Shown: one piece after another, positions 11,530-24,228 of the stretch
Position numbering within the stretch: position 1 is the stretch's first letter
How the letters are laid out: every line of letters starts with the position of its first letter
Assembly (NCBI GenBank): GCA_040954595.2
Contig: CM082584.2
Location: 8,695,146 to 8,759,145 of the forward strand
From: Balanoglossus misakiensis
Lineage: Eukaryota > Animalia > Hemichordata
DNA: 64,000 nt
Direction: 5' to 3'
Position numbers and translations under genes: made by a program
The notes under the pieces: model-generated
What the model saw: the letters and a program-made list of their open reading frames with translations, nothing else
What the model was told of the DNA's origin: nothing
Database searches by the model: none

Positions 11530-14500
11530 TTAAAGCCACGGTGTATAAACTCCGTCAAAATTATCAGGGTCTGCTGCAGGATCATTCGTCAAATCGACCA
11601 ACGGAGCCACGCCTTCCCGATACTCGTCCAATCGTTGGCGGAGTTCCTCAACTTTGGCCGGAAGCTGATCGGACAAATCGACGCGTTCTTCGGGGTCGTC
11701 TAATGAAAGAAATGAATAATTATGTAGTTATGAACAAGTCAGCAAATATAAAATGTAGTTCTCTGTGCATGTGTTGTCCGTAACAAAAATTCAAATGTCA
11801 CAATGATGATAGCTATTATTCATACCATTCAAATCACTCACTCACTCAATCAATCAATCACTCAATCCAGCCATCAACGAATTGGTCAAATCAAATCACT
11901 ATACCTTTCAGATTAAAGAGCAATGTTACGTTGGCTGGGGGCGGGATATCTACTGGTATTCCGACAAGTTCCTTATCCACTGGCCACCAGCCATCTTAAT
12001 AAAAATGAAGAGAAGGCTATAATTACACATAAGCACAAAATTTCACTTTCAATACTTGCACAATTGTCCTGTTAAATAATCGAAATCGGAATGTAGTTGT
12101 TACGGAACTGAATGCAGATAGAACAGACTCTACTCACCTATCTCGCTCAGAATAAACTGAGGATACATCATGTTTGGATTTCCAACGATTAATTTCCAAT
12201 CCCCAACCCTGGGAAAGAATCCACGTGTGTTCAGTTGGTTATGAAATTATTACAAATTCTTTCCCAATTAGCCTCGCTTTGAGTTCAAATTCATGATTGC
12301 TACGTGAGGGTCTGGACTTATGAAAAAGGTGTACATGTATTCTTTTATGAAAGTTCATATACAGTTATATTTTGCAATACCTGATGGCAGCACCCGGACT
12401 TTGTTCATACTGATCTATATTGTAGACAAACTCAGTTCGTGGCGATGGAGTACCGGCTCGAATCATATTAAGAATATTGATACCATCTAGATCATATTCT
12501 GTTTAAAAACAGAGAAAATACCCAATTATCATAAAAACACCGCCTTTTCTTAATTCATGTCTATGTACGTTCCTTTTCCTAATAATCACACCATCACAGT
12601 CTTCAGAAAAACTGCATATTCTTAACTATTTTTGAACACATAAAAATGACCTTACCCGGTTTAATTCCCGCCATAGACAATATCGTTGTGTGCCAATCTG
12701 TTACATGATTTACCCTGTGTGCCATGGACAAAAATAACCGTCATTATCATATATGTCGTTGGACAGGTCATAAAAAAGTTAACTTGAACTAGCACGAAGT
12801 AAAAACCTATTCATGGTACCCAGAATTCCATGCACCTTACCCATCATGTATGTATCCTTTTTTCACCTGAGGTCCATGTATTATCGATGGCACTCGGCTT
12901 CCGCCTTCAAACAGCGTCGCGCCCGTTGAGCGGAAGGGCAAATTATTGCCCTGGGTAATAGGTAGTCCGCCATTCTGATTTAAAAGGGTTGAAAAAATTG
13001 CGGTGATATCGACTGACCGACTCGGCGAAGTTTTAAGTGTTTAATATTGATTGATTGCTATGTCAGTCTGCAAATACTTGTAACAGAGCCAGTGCGTGTG
13101 GCGATAAGAAAACATAATTCATTCGAGACCCATTTTAACGAACTCTCTGAACTCTGACATGTTCAGATTCCAAACGGTCGATTCGACGACACGGTGTCAT
13201 ATCAAGTAAATTTTGGCAGACGATTGAACCTGGCGGTCGCCATTTTGAACAGTTAAGATGTCTGTATATAATCTGCACGAACAAACAAACCTGGGTCGCC
13301 TTGACGAGAAATAGGGTAATACACTTGAATTGGAGCAGGCATGGTTAGCTCCGGTATTCAAGGTCGAAAACTGTCTCGTTTTTTTTCCAGTCGACAAAGG
13401 ACCAAAGTTAGAATTTATAAACTGTGTACTTGTGTAACTTCCACTTACGTCACCCATGAATATCAAAATGGTGTCGTCCCACATCCCACGTGACTTGAGC
13501 GCAGAAGTGATATTACCGACTGCTTCGTCCATCAGTGAGAGTTTTCCTGTAAGAAGTCATGGTAATATTATCAACTATACATGTACTTGTCCAACATACT
13601 ACATAATGCTGAAATTCTGTATAAAAAATACGAGTATGTAGGGTGTTTTAATCAAATGTGTTATTACTCCTGGTGCCTGTATTGCTGAAGATACTAAAAC
13701 GTGTGTTTCGGTGAGAATTTACAAGACATACAGTCATATTTTATGCGTTCTTCTTACCATAATATTTTCTGACATTTTCATTGTCAATGTCTGGATACAA
13801 GTTTTCGTAGTGGCTTGGAACCTACGAAGAATAGAAGGCCAAAGTAATAGCTAAGGTAAGTCCATCGAAGTGCTTCGATGTCTATTAGCAGTTTGGGTTC
13901 GAAGGGAAAGACAACTTGTAGAAACTTTTGTTTTGTTCCGCTGCAATGTTTCAAAATCGACTATTAAAGCATCAAACGTGTTGTTTGTGTGTTTCTTACG
14001 TCGAATCCCTTTGCGGGCTGATCTACGGCAAAATACAAAAACAACGGATAACTTGCGTAGTGGTTCGATATGATGTCCATTGCTCGTTCTGTATATCTCA
14101 TCTGCGAGAAAAGTGGACATTTGTATACAAGTTAGGGGTCCGGACCAAAGCGTGGTATTGTAAATATCTCACTTGAATTCCTGTTTGTCAATATCTGTTT
14201 GTCTGTCTGTCTGTCTCTCTCTCTGTCTGTCTGTCTGTCTCTCTCTGTCTCTCTCTGTCCTCGAACTCACCGTTGAATGTAATGTACCGTCCTTTTGAAC
14301 CACGCCACTGTTGTCTCGAAAATCATATCCAGGGGACGTTATTAACGTTTCTGACAGAAATGTAACAGGATTATCGATGTTAAATAGTCTAAACATCTCC
14401 TGTAAATTTAAATGTTAAAACGGCACCTGCGGCAAATTTTCCTGGCCAGTACAGAAGTTGGTTTCTACGCGAGTGCATATAATGGATGCTCTTTCTGATG

Positions 14501-16169
14501 TTCAGTTTCCGTCACACAGCCCCTTCTCCCACTCCATGATGAATTAGTTGTAAAAATATTCTAACTTTAATACCGTTACCCGTTGTTTCTTCGTAACCTG
14601 ATACTCCATTGAAGTAGCGCCCGAGAAACGAATCAAATCCTCGATGCAAAGGAGTGTGATCCCAAGTGGAATGGCCCAGGTGCCACCTACCATAAGAAAG
14701 TAACGAAAATGTGTCTATGAAAACAAGATGATGAACGTTACGCTTTCTTCTTTGTTTTCAAAAAGACTCCTCGCATACGTCAATATATAGAAAACAATTG
14801 GAACATCATTTTTATGCGAAATCTGTTGCCGAGGGACGCACTCAAGTAAATAAAGGGTCAGTGTTTGCCTACTTTCCAATGAGATGAGTCAAGTAACCAA
14901 CTTCTTTCAATTTCTCCGGCAGTAACTTGAATTCCAACGGCAGTCCGCCTCTTTGAAGACCCCTTATTATGCCATGCTGAAACGGAAGAAAAATAATGGG
15001 GTTAATTTATGTGGGAACCCCGAGTTTTTTATTTGATTTTGCACAGTCACTCCACGCACGACTGTGGATTTTATGGGACATTCGTCAAAGTTTCCATCTG
15101 CACTAGCATGTGAAATCCAGTAATATGCAGAGGAAAGCTAAAATAATTGCTGTTGAAGACATATTTGGATGAAAACAAAACTCGTCTATAGTATAGCCGA
15201 GACAGAACGACGAGAAATGTGAATTCCACATGTACAGCGTTGGATGGTGTCTTCAGAACGTATTAAATCTCACGGGCAACAGCTAACATATACACTACCT
15301 GTAATCCGGTCCGGAAGGGGTAGTAACCCGTCATCAGAGCACTTCTGGTTCTGTGGTGTTAACGTGAAAGGAGCAGAACAATTTGATGTACCTATTTTTT
15401 GATGATCATGCAAACACAGACAAGAAGAAGAAATTGTATGACGTAATAGCATCCCTAGCGTTGCTTTTATAAACTTTAAATACGTGCCTTGGTCGATTAA
15501 GGCATGTTTTAATTATATGCATGAAGTTGAAATAGCATATATCTATATGCACTTACGGTGTACACAATGGCTGAACGTAGGTCTGGTTCAATATCATCCC
15601 ATCATTTGCTAGTTTGTTTAACTGCGGTGTTTTTATATTAGGGTTGTTCCAGCCAACGTCATTCCACCCTTAAATGGTTAATAGAACAAGTCAATATCTT
15701 ACAATTTTCCATCACTGAAATGCTTCTTAAAACAATAAACGTACGTGCGTTTTCTGTATCTTTGAAAGTTTAATAACATTGTCGACCTTAGTTTCCGTTA
15801 CCCAGAATCCTCTGCTTCTTCCGCCAACGGAAGAAGCAGAGGGGTATGGGTAACCGAGACTATGTCGACCTAAATTCCATGACAGGGAAGGACTGTTTGC
15901 CCCAGGCACCGTAGGACTGGGCGTGTAGAGACGGTTAAATATCAGTTATATGTGCCTTTCTGTATATTCAATTCAACAAATGGTCGACTCTACATCTTAT
16001 AAATCTTACCTAAATCGTCTGCCAGGATCAAAACGATGTGTGGCGGTTTGGCCGGCTTGTTCAACTTGCCAATCACCATGACAATAGCCAGCGCAATAAC
16101 AGCGACAGACAACACCAGAATGGCAACATAAAGAACACGGTTGCATCTCTTGCCTTCTTCACCCTTCAT
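11530..16169 (-). CDS. Arylsulfatase B-like (family S1) sulfatase, 15 exons, ~506 aa, N-terminal signal anchor, atypical active site
   Basis: Exons 16010-16169, 15557-15668, 15299-15350, 14873-14976, 14580-14686, 14271-14350, 14000-14101, 13758-13821, 13449-13546, 12841-12974, 12656-12714, 12381-12498, 12138-12208, 11905-11994, 11530-11699. All are GT-AG and in frame (1521 nt). Motifs: [68 protein letters not shown]. Confidence 0.93.
14195..14258. repeat. (TCTG)n/(TC)n compound microsatellite in a sulfatase intron
   Basis: Read directly from the sequence. Confidence 0.9.
15780..15871. mobile_element. 74-bp foldback (hairpin) element with 9-bp target-site duplication
   Basis: TGTCGACCT [TAGTTTCCGTTACCCAGAATCCTCTGCTTCTTCCG-CCAA-CGGAAGAAGCAGAGGGGTATGGGTAACCGAGACTA] TGTCGACCT. 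Confidence 0.85.
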
Positions 16170-17177
16170 ATTGTGTTGTTACTTGGAACTGGAATGGAGA
16201 AATAAAACGAAGTTGAGGAATTCAATTATTCGCTTTCGACAACAGCAACAAACACGATGCGTTCTCAGTGTAGTGTCACAACGGCTGTGCGTGACTCTGC
16301 CTTCTTGACCATCACGCGCTACGTGACTTGTCAGTGATTCTGTGAGGCGTTTGACCTGGTATAAATACCTTGCCCTCGAAAATAACATCACTTTTCAATA
16401 AGTCACCTTCAACACAATGGCCTAAATACATTAATAAGCTTACATGCTTATGTTAGTAAGCAGACTGTGATTTTCTTACGTGTTGAGTGAAAGTAGCATT
16501 TCGTATGCTTTCTGTAGTCTTCAAGTTCATCGCACGTTTCGCCACAGACAACACAACATAACTATTGTTCATACCGACTGTTTTCCAAAAAAAGTCCTTA
16601 AACACCCACCTGTAAGAACTAAGTAAGTAAACGTATAGCCGACATAGGCCACTGGTGTGTCCTTTCAGATACTTGACCTTTAACTGACCCACCAGACGCT
16701 TGGCCGCGTATGTTATGTTGTCTACGTGCATATTTTATGTCACCTCGTCTACGACGATCACGGTAACCGTACTTTTCCTTCGCTGCGTTTCATACGTTTG
16801 CTTCTGTTGGACTTTGGGTACTTCTCCAAAACGCGATCACACCATTCTGAATACGCTCACTACAATCTTTTTTTAATTCTACATTGTTTTATTTTATTCC
16901 CATTAATGACTAAACGTCGTTATCAGAAGAAATTGGATAGCTTGTATTCTGGATTAGCAAATGACATTAAAGACAGGTGGGGTAACACCGAAAAATAAAG
17001 TAAGCATAGAAACTGTTCGGCAAGTAATGTTTATTTGGGGAAAATTGAGTTGGGAAATGACCTTTTCACAATCTCACTTATGCTAAAAAAAATCCAGATG
17101 GAGCCATGCACGTTCACGCATTGCATTGTATGCTAATTACTATCGATCATTCTCCGTACAGAGATTGTAGCTTACCT

Positions 17178-17212
17178 TAGGGGGTCTGACTGGCTGCCAA
17201 TCAGACCCCCTA
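17178..17212. repeat. 35-bp near-perfect palindrome
   Basis: TAGGGGGTCTGACTGGC-T-GCCAATCAGACCCCCTA, one mismatch. Confidence 0.8.
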
Positions 17213-17416
17213 GCTAGATTATAATTATCCACGTGCTACAATCGCTGAACGGTGAGAATTCTTGTCTATCATTCTATTAGACGGGGCGAACGAAGCTCAT
17301 GGTAGCTCACGGAATGGCGGTGAAAATATGATTTGCCACTTCCTCTAGGAAGAAATGTGGGATTGTTAAAGTATTTTGTCTCCCAAATCTTTAACGCACA
17401 CATGTTCTAAAATCTC

Positions 17417-18436
17417 TCAATTTTCAAGGGCCTGCTTCTGTCGTCTGAAAATGTCTTTGCCTTTCTTGTAAATTTCGATATCATATCGGAGAGCCTCTTT
17501 GACTGCGGGATCGGATGATAGCTCTCTTCTCAATTTTTCAACGAGTTCATTAATACTAGTAGTATTGTCAACAACGGCGCCACCAACTTTGTACTGTCTG
17601 TTCTCTATCCACTGGCCAGCGCACTTACTGTAGAACGGTAGTTTAAAGGCGCGTTCTAACAGACGAAAAGTTGCGTCGTACTCAGTCATGAGGCCTATCA
17701 CGGCAAACCACGATTCCAAGTTGTCTAGCACGTACTCCAAAACCATCGTCTTGCGTTCCTCCGGTATGACGTAATCAAGAATGAGTTTGTTTCTCCACCA
17801 CGGCGGAATGACGTCTGCTGGTGGATCTTCGTGGGTGCGAATTTTGTCTAAGAGATGCGTGTAATGAGGCGAAAAAATGTCTGGGTTTAGTAAAATTTGT
17901 CGAAAGAGCATGCTTCCCTGATGCACCGCCCAGTCATTGACCGTCATCTCTTTAATGTCGCGCATCGTACATTGCTCTTGGGGTGAGTGCTGGCACATGT
18001 TGTACGACGAGATCGCCCGTTCGTACGGGTCTCGTATAACGGTGAAGGTCCCACACGGTTTGGTCGTGAAATCGCAGACGGCAAATGTGGAATCTCCCAC
18101 GTAAGCTTTGGTGAGAGTTAGGTTTTCACTGTCACTCATCATCTGGGTGTAAACCTTCTTTGCATTCGGGTTGCCAATGAGGGCCACTTGGGAACTGAGC
18201 AAGATTTGCCTAAGACAGCTTTTGCACGTTGACCCGCCCGCCTTCAGGTAATGTACAAAGACCAGTGTGCTGTTGGCGTATACGTCATCTTTGCCTGTCC
18301 GGCGAGTGAAGAAGTTCGGCAGCCGGTTCTGTTTCACCATCCATGGGTACAGTTTGCCAACATCTCCGGTGTTATTGGGCGATTCTCTCCAACTGTGAAA
18401 ATAATCAATCAGTCAATCAATCAATTAGTCAATCAG

Positions 18437-18502
<66 letters not shown>

Positions 18503-20042
18503 CAATATCATCTAAAGAGAGAGGAGGGCATCTCCTGAACACAGATCCCAAACCCTGTCTTCGGCTCCAACATATCGGCGCTCGGGAGAGAGAAAAAAAT
18601 AGCGAACGTAGAGCTCTATAAAAATAAATCTTGCGCCATAAAATATCTACCAATCGATTCGAGAGCACAGGACTCCAGCTCGTTTCAGCCGAATCCCAGG
18701 TTGAAAATTCCTCAGACAGAAAACTCACGTGTCTTTTTCCACCCGCGTTTATTCTCTCTGTTGCACATTGTTGCACGTTGCTCGCCCAGGCAGTTTACTG
18801 TAGGCGATCGGTGAACCGTGTGATTTACTTATCTTCCATTATTTTCCACCGATGTTTTCGTTAAAATACGAGAGCATGCCTTCGTAAACACATCCCTCGC
18901 GACAGGCGGGTTTAATTGAAACGTAAATATTGTCACTGCAATCGCTACGTGCGTTTTATACCCAGAAATCTCTCAAAAGAAATCACCGCCGATTATCAGA
19001 GTTGGGGTTTCGCGTGCTTTAGACACACCTGGTACAACGTGAATGTTTATTCTGAAGCTGCCGCCTTCCGTTTTGGTTATTTTAGGTTAGATTTAATTGC
19101 CTGTGTGGTGACTCTGAAAAAGCAAAGAGTGGTGACCATACGGTGGTGGTAGGGTACCGCAGCGACGCATGCCGCTCCAAATCAAGCAACGATTTAGAAT
19201 GTGCGGTGATGCAGTTTCGTTCAAAAATGTGCCACCTGTAAATTGAGGTCCGACCAATATTTAAAACTTTACTGATTAATTACAAAAGCAAGTGTTCAAT
19301 AGTCTGCATACCTTTGGTGTTTCCGAGACAATGAAAGCATCCAGTTTTGTCGCGCCGATGTCTGATCGCAGACAACTACACTGAACTTTGATGTCTGCAA
19401 AAATCGGGTGTTTTCCTTGTCTTTATAAAAATTCACAATATTCTGTGTTAAGCTTCTGCCCGATCTAGTCATCTTAGCCTGTTGCGACCGCTGCCACCTT
19501 TACTTACAAAATTCGAAGCAATCGATACAACTTTGACGCGTCTCTTCCGAGTCCCCTGCGCGCAGTACTGCAAAATGGGCGGGATTCAAAATGGAGCAAA
19601 CAATGAAATAAAAAAATACTGTATTTTGTTTACAGAACAGCCGAGAGCTGCACATGTTCTCTGTCTAATAGGCTGTTACTAATGATGAGTGCAAGACCCG
19701 GAAAAACACGGAAAGTCACGTCACCGAGAAACGGGGACAATCGGCGACCACTGTGTTCAATCTTTAGTTCAGTCAATGTACTACGCGTTAGAAAAATGTC
19801 GAAAAAGCACTGGAACAATTGTGGATTCAGTCCAATTGGATTAAAAGAGACAACAGAAAGTCTGCATCTTGGAACCTATCAATAGAGAAGTTCACATTCA
19901 CTTACCCGGACATGCGTGTTCTATCAGGTAGTAGGTGGACACTGATTTCTCTCCGAGTATAAATTTCAAAGAATAAAAATAAACCAATCGTCATCGATAT
20001 AAGGAGTATTAACGGCAACGTCGCTCTTTTGGGAAACTTCAT
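17417..20042 (-). CDS. Type II Golgi sulfotransferase ST1 (Sulfotransfer_2, HS6ST-like motifs), 2 exons, ~370 aa
   Basis: Exon 1 19906-20042 (MKFPKRATLPLILLISMTIGLFLFF, signal anchor) joins exon 2 17417-18392 at a phase-2 junction. 5'-PSB VFVHYLKAGGST, 3'-PB RDPYERAISSY. Confidence 0.92.
18403..18502. repeat. (TCAA)n microsatellite next to the ST1 splice acceptor
   Basis: Read directly; the paralogous run in ST2 (21516-21539) is much shorter. Confidence 0.95.
18512..19767. mobile_element. ~1.25-kb insertion in the ST1 intron, absent from the ST2 intron
   Basis: ST1 intron is 1513 bp versus 208 bp in ST2, and the flanks align. The insert ends in short inverted repeats CTAAAGA...TCTTTAG. No transposase ORF was seen. 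Confidence 0.5.
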
Positions 20043-20538
20043 ATTTGCTGCTTACATGCGTGTGATGTAATGACTCTCGCATCAGACGCATCCAAATGTA
20101 TATAGGCATCATTACGAAGGTGCGGTTTCTTAAATGCATGTGATGTAGGCCTATACGGTCATCTATGCAAATTTGGCCACTGTTACATCAGTGGACAGTT
20201 GAAGTCGGGCCAATCACGATCACCAAACGGCCATTCGACAGCTTAGACACGCCCTCATATGTAAATTAATAGTCCATTATATGTAACTATTGGCTGCTTT
20301 TTTTCTCGTTAGGCTTTTCTGTTAAGCTCCCCCCCCCTCTCCAAAGCGAGATCTCCAATCTCCCACCACCTGGCGTTGACGTTACCATGACAAATTCTAC
20401 AGCTAAAGCGCCAGCAGGGTACAGGACAAAGAATTCGCCAGGCATTAATCAATGTTAATTCTGCTAATAAAATTATCTATATTTCCTTCTAGACAGATTG
20501 CCTCCCAAATCTTTTACGCACACATGTTCTAAAATCTC

Positions 20539-21850
20539 TCAATTTTCAAGGGCCTGTTTCTGTCGTCTGAAAATGTCTTTGCCTTTCCTGTAAATTTCGA
20601 TATCATATCGGAGAGCCTCTTTGACTGCGGGATCGGATGATAGCTCTCTTTTCATTTTTTCAACGAGTTCTTTAGTAGTGTCAGCATCGGCGCCACCAAC
20701 TTTGTACTGCCTGTTGTTTATCCAGAGGCCAGCGCACTTACTGTAGAACGGTAGTTGAAAGGCGCGTTCTAACAGACGAAAATTTGTGTCGTACTCAGTC
20801 ACGAGGCCTATCACGGCAAACCACGATTCCAGGTTGTCTAGCACGTACTCCAAAACCAACGTCTTGTGTTCCTCCGGTATGACGTAATCAAGAATGAGTT
20901 TGTTTCTCCACCACGGCGGAATGACGTCTGCTGGTGGATCTTCGTGGGTGCGAATTTTGTCTAAGAGATGCGTGTAATGAGGCGAAAAAATGTCTGGGTT
21001 TAGTAAAATTTGTCGAAAGAGCGTGCTTCCCTGATGCACCGCCCAGTCATTGACTGTCATCTCTTTAATGTCGCGCATCATACATTGGTCCTGGGATGAG
21101 TGCTGGCACATGTTGTACGACGAGATTGCCCGTTCGTACGGGTCTCGTATAACGGTGAATGTCCCACACGGTTTGGTCGTGAAATCGCAGACGGCAAATG
21201 TGGAATCTCCCACGTATGCTTTGGTGAGAGTTAGGTTTTTACCGTCACTCATCATCTGGGTGTAAACCTGCTTTGCATTCGGGTTGCCTATGAGGGCCAC
21301 TTGGGAACGGAGCAGCATTTGCCTGAGACAGCTTTTGGTCGTTGATCCGCCCGCCTTCAGGTAATGTACAAAGACCAGTGTGCTGTTGGCGTATACGTCA
21401 TCTTTGCCTGTCCGGCGAGTGAAGAAGTTCGGCAGCCGGTTCTGTTTCACCATCCATGGGTACAGTTTGCCAACATCTCCGGTGTTATTGGGCGATTCTC
21501 TCCAACTGTGAAAATAATCAATCAATCAATCAATCAATCCAAGATCAAGTCAACCCAATCCCGTCTATCCATCTATCAAATCAATCCTAAGTCCAATCTA
21601 CGCGTTAGAAAAATGCACTGGAACAATAGTGGATTCAGTCCAATTGGATTAAAAGAGACAACAGAAAGTATGCATCTTGGAATCTATCAATAGAGCATTT
21701 CACATTCACTTACCCGGACATGCGTGTTCTATCAGGTAGTAGGTGGACACTGATTTCTCTCCGAGTATAAAATTCAAAGAATAAAAATAAACCAATCGTC
21801 ATCGTTATTAGGAGTATTAACGGCAACGTCGCTCTTTTGGGAAACTTCAT
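20539..21850 (-). CDS. Type II Golgi sulfotransferase ST2, 2 exons, ~367 aa
   Basis: Exon 1 21714-21850, exon 2 20539-21505. Near-identical to ST1, with the same PSB/PB motifs. Confidence 0.92.
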
Positions 21851-22728
21851 ATTTGCTGCTTATATGCGTGTGATGTAATGACTCTCGCATCAGACGCATC
21901 CAAATGTATATAGGCATCGTTACGAAGGTGATGTAGGCCTATACGGTCATCTATGCAAATTTGCCCACTGTTACATCAGTGGACAGTTGCAGTCGGGCCA
22001 ATCACGGTCACCAAACGGTCATTCGACGGCTTAGACACGCCCTCATATGTAAATTTATAGTCAATTGTCTGTAACTATTGGCTGCTTTTTTTGTTAGGCT
22101 CCCTGGTGCAAGCCTTTCGTCCGCAATGCCCCACCCCCAAGCGAGATCTCCAATCTCCCACCACCTAGCGTTGACGTTGCCATGACAAATTCTACAGCTG
22201 AAACGCCAGCAGGGTACAGGACAAAGAATTCGTCAGGCATTCATAATGCAAATAAAATTATCTATATTTTCTTCTGGACAGATTGCATGGACATATTGCG
22301 CTCCTCCTACCCTCTCAATGCAACAGTCGACCGATTTGACATGCAAAAGTCCTGACATCAGTATACCACATCGCGACAGATGGTTATTCTGAAATTAATT
22401 AGTATTCGTACAAAGAATATCCTTAAGTCATATCATAACTGAGATACTCGTATGTCAATTGCTTTTACTATTCGATTCGATACACTGGCATTGGTTTCAA
22501 TGAAAGGTTTCGATTTAGCAATTTCACGAAAACACCGACCTATACTACAACCATTTTTCACTAGGGTCTGTGGTACAACTAACATAGCTATTTTGAATAT
22601 GGCTTGTGAATTTAGAAACGTGTATTTGTATAATGCAACATTTTTCTCACACTACACACACCTCTGTGATATTTGCCCATTCGAGACATTAGGCAAGTTT
22701 ATTATTCACAATCATTTCTTTATCCGTG

Positions 22729-24228
22729 TTATTCATTATCGACCAAAGAATTTGTACTCATTCGTTCAAGAGCTTGTTTCTGACGTCTATAAATGTCTTT
22801 GGCTTTTCTGTAAATCTCTATGTCACATCGGAGGGCTTTTCTGACCGTTGGATCTGACGATAACCTGTTCTTCAAGGTCTCGACGATCTCTTGTTTGGTT
22901 GCATTGGTTTCCACGTCTTCAACGACGTATTCCTTGTTGTGCGCCCATCCGCCGAGACACAAACTGTAGAACGGTAGTTGAAAGGCGCGTTCTAACAGAC
23001 GAAAATTTGTGTCGTACTCGGTCGTGAGGCCTATCACGGCAAACCACGATTCCAGGTTGTCCAGCACGTACTCCAAAACCATCGTCTTGTGTTCCTCCGG
23101 TATGACGTAATCGAGAATGAGTTTGTTTCTCCACCACGGTGGAATACCACTTGCTTGGCGATCTTCAGGACTTCGAATTTCTTCCAGGAGTTTCAAATAG
23201 TCCGGTGTGAAAAATTCCGGATTCAACAGCACCTGTCGAAAGAACGTGCTTCCTTGATGCACCGCCCATTCATTCACTGTCATGTTGTGGACGTCGCGAA
23301 TTCCGCACTGCGCCTGGTGGGAATAGTGGCAGAAGAAGTAGGAAGAGATCGCCCGCTCGTAAGGATCCCGCAAAACCGTGAAAGCCCCGCACGGCTTGGT
23401 CGTGAAGTCACAAACAGCAAACGTCGAATCACCAACGTAGGATCTGGCGAGATTCTGATCTCTGCCGTCTTTCAGCATCTGGCTGTAAACAATACTTGCA
23501 TTCGTATTGCCTATGAGTATGACGTCATTCTTAGACTTGCCCACATCTGCCCTGAGCATGCGCCTAAGACAGCCCTTTGTTGTTCCACCGCCAGACTTCA
23601 GATGGTGAACAAAGACAATCGTGCTGTTTGCGTATACAGCATCTGGCGGCAGTCTTTCTGAAGTCAGGCTATTTACAGGCCGGGTAAAGAAGTTCGGAAG
23701 ATAATTTCGCCTCACTAACCAAGGGTACAATTCACCCACTTCTTGTTTACTGCCAACAGTGGGCGATTCTCTCCAACTGTAGAACAAATCAATGCGCGTA
23801 ATTTACCAAGACGAATAGTTATTTACGAAAATTGCAAACTCTTTTGAAAGAAATAAAGAGGCACACAGACATAATTTCATTATAAACATGATAACTGTTT
23901 TATGCATAATTCCATAATATATTCTCAGGCCCAGAACTATCCACAGATTTTAACAGTTTAGTTCTTGTGTCTGTTTCTTATAGATTGTGTTTGCTTGCTA
24001 AAAAAGTTTTCTGAAGACACCAACATTTCATCAACTGATAGTAGAGACACCAGAAATTAAAGACTATAACCAAACATAACAAGGCAATGTGTTAACTTAC
24101 TCAACTGTTGACTTATCAGTCTGAGACGAGTTGACGTTTCTTTCGGACCGAGAGTACAATACAATTAAAGCAATCGCAATAGGCGTCACTGCGATGCACT
24201 TCAACGTGGATCTTCGGAAGAACGCCAT
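22729..24228 (-). CDS. Type II Golgi sulfotransferase ST3, 2 exons, ~391 aa
   Basis: Exon 1 24101-24228 (MAFFRRSTLKCIAVTPIAIALIVLY), exon 2 22729-23776, phase 2. Motifs VFVHHLKSGGGT and RDPYERAISSY. Confidence 0.91.
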
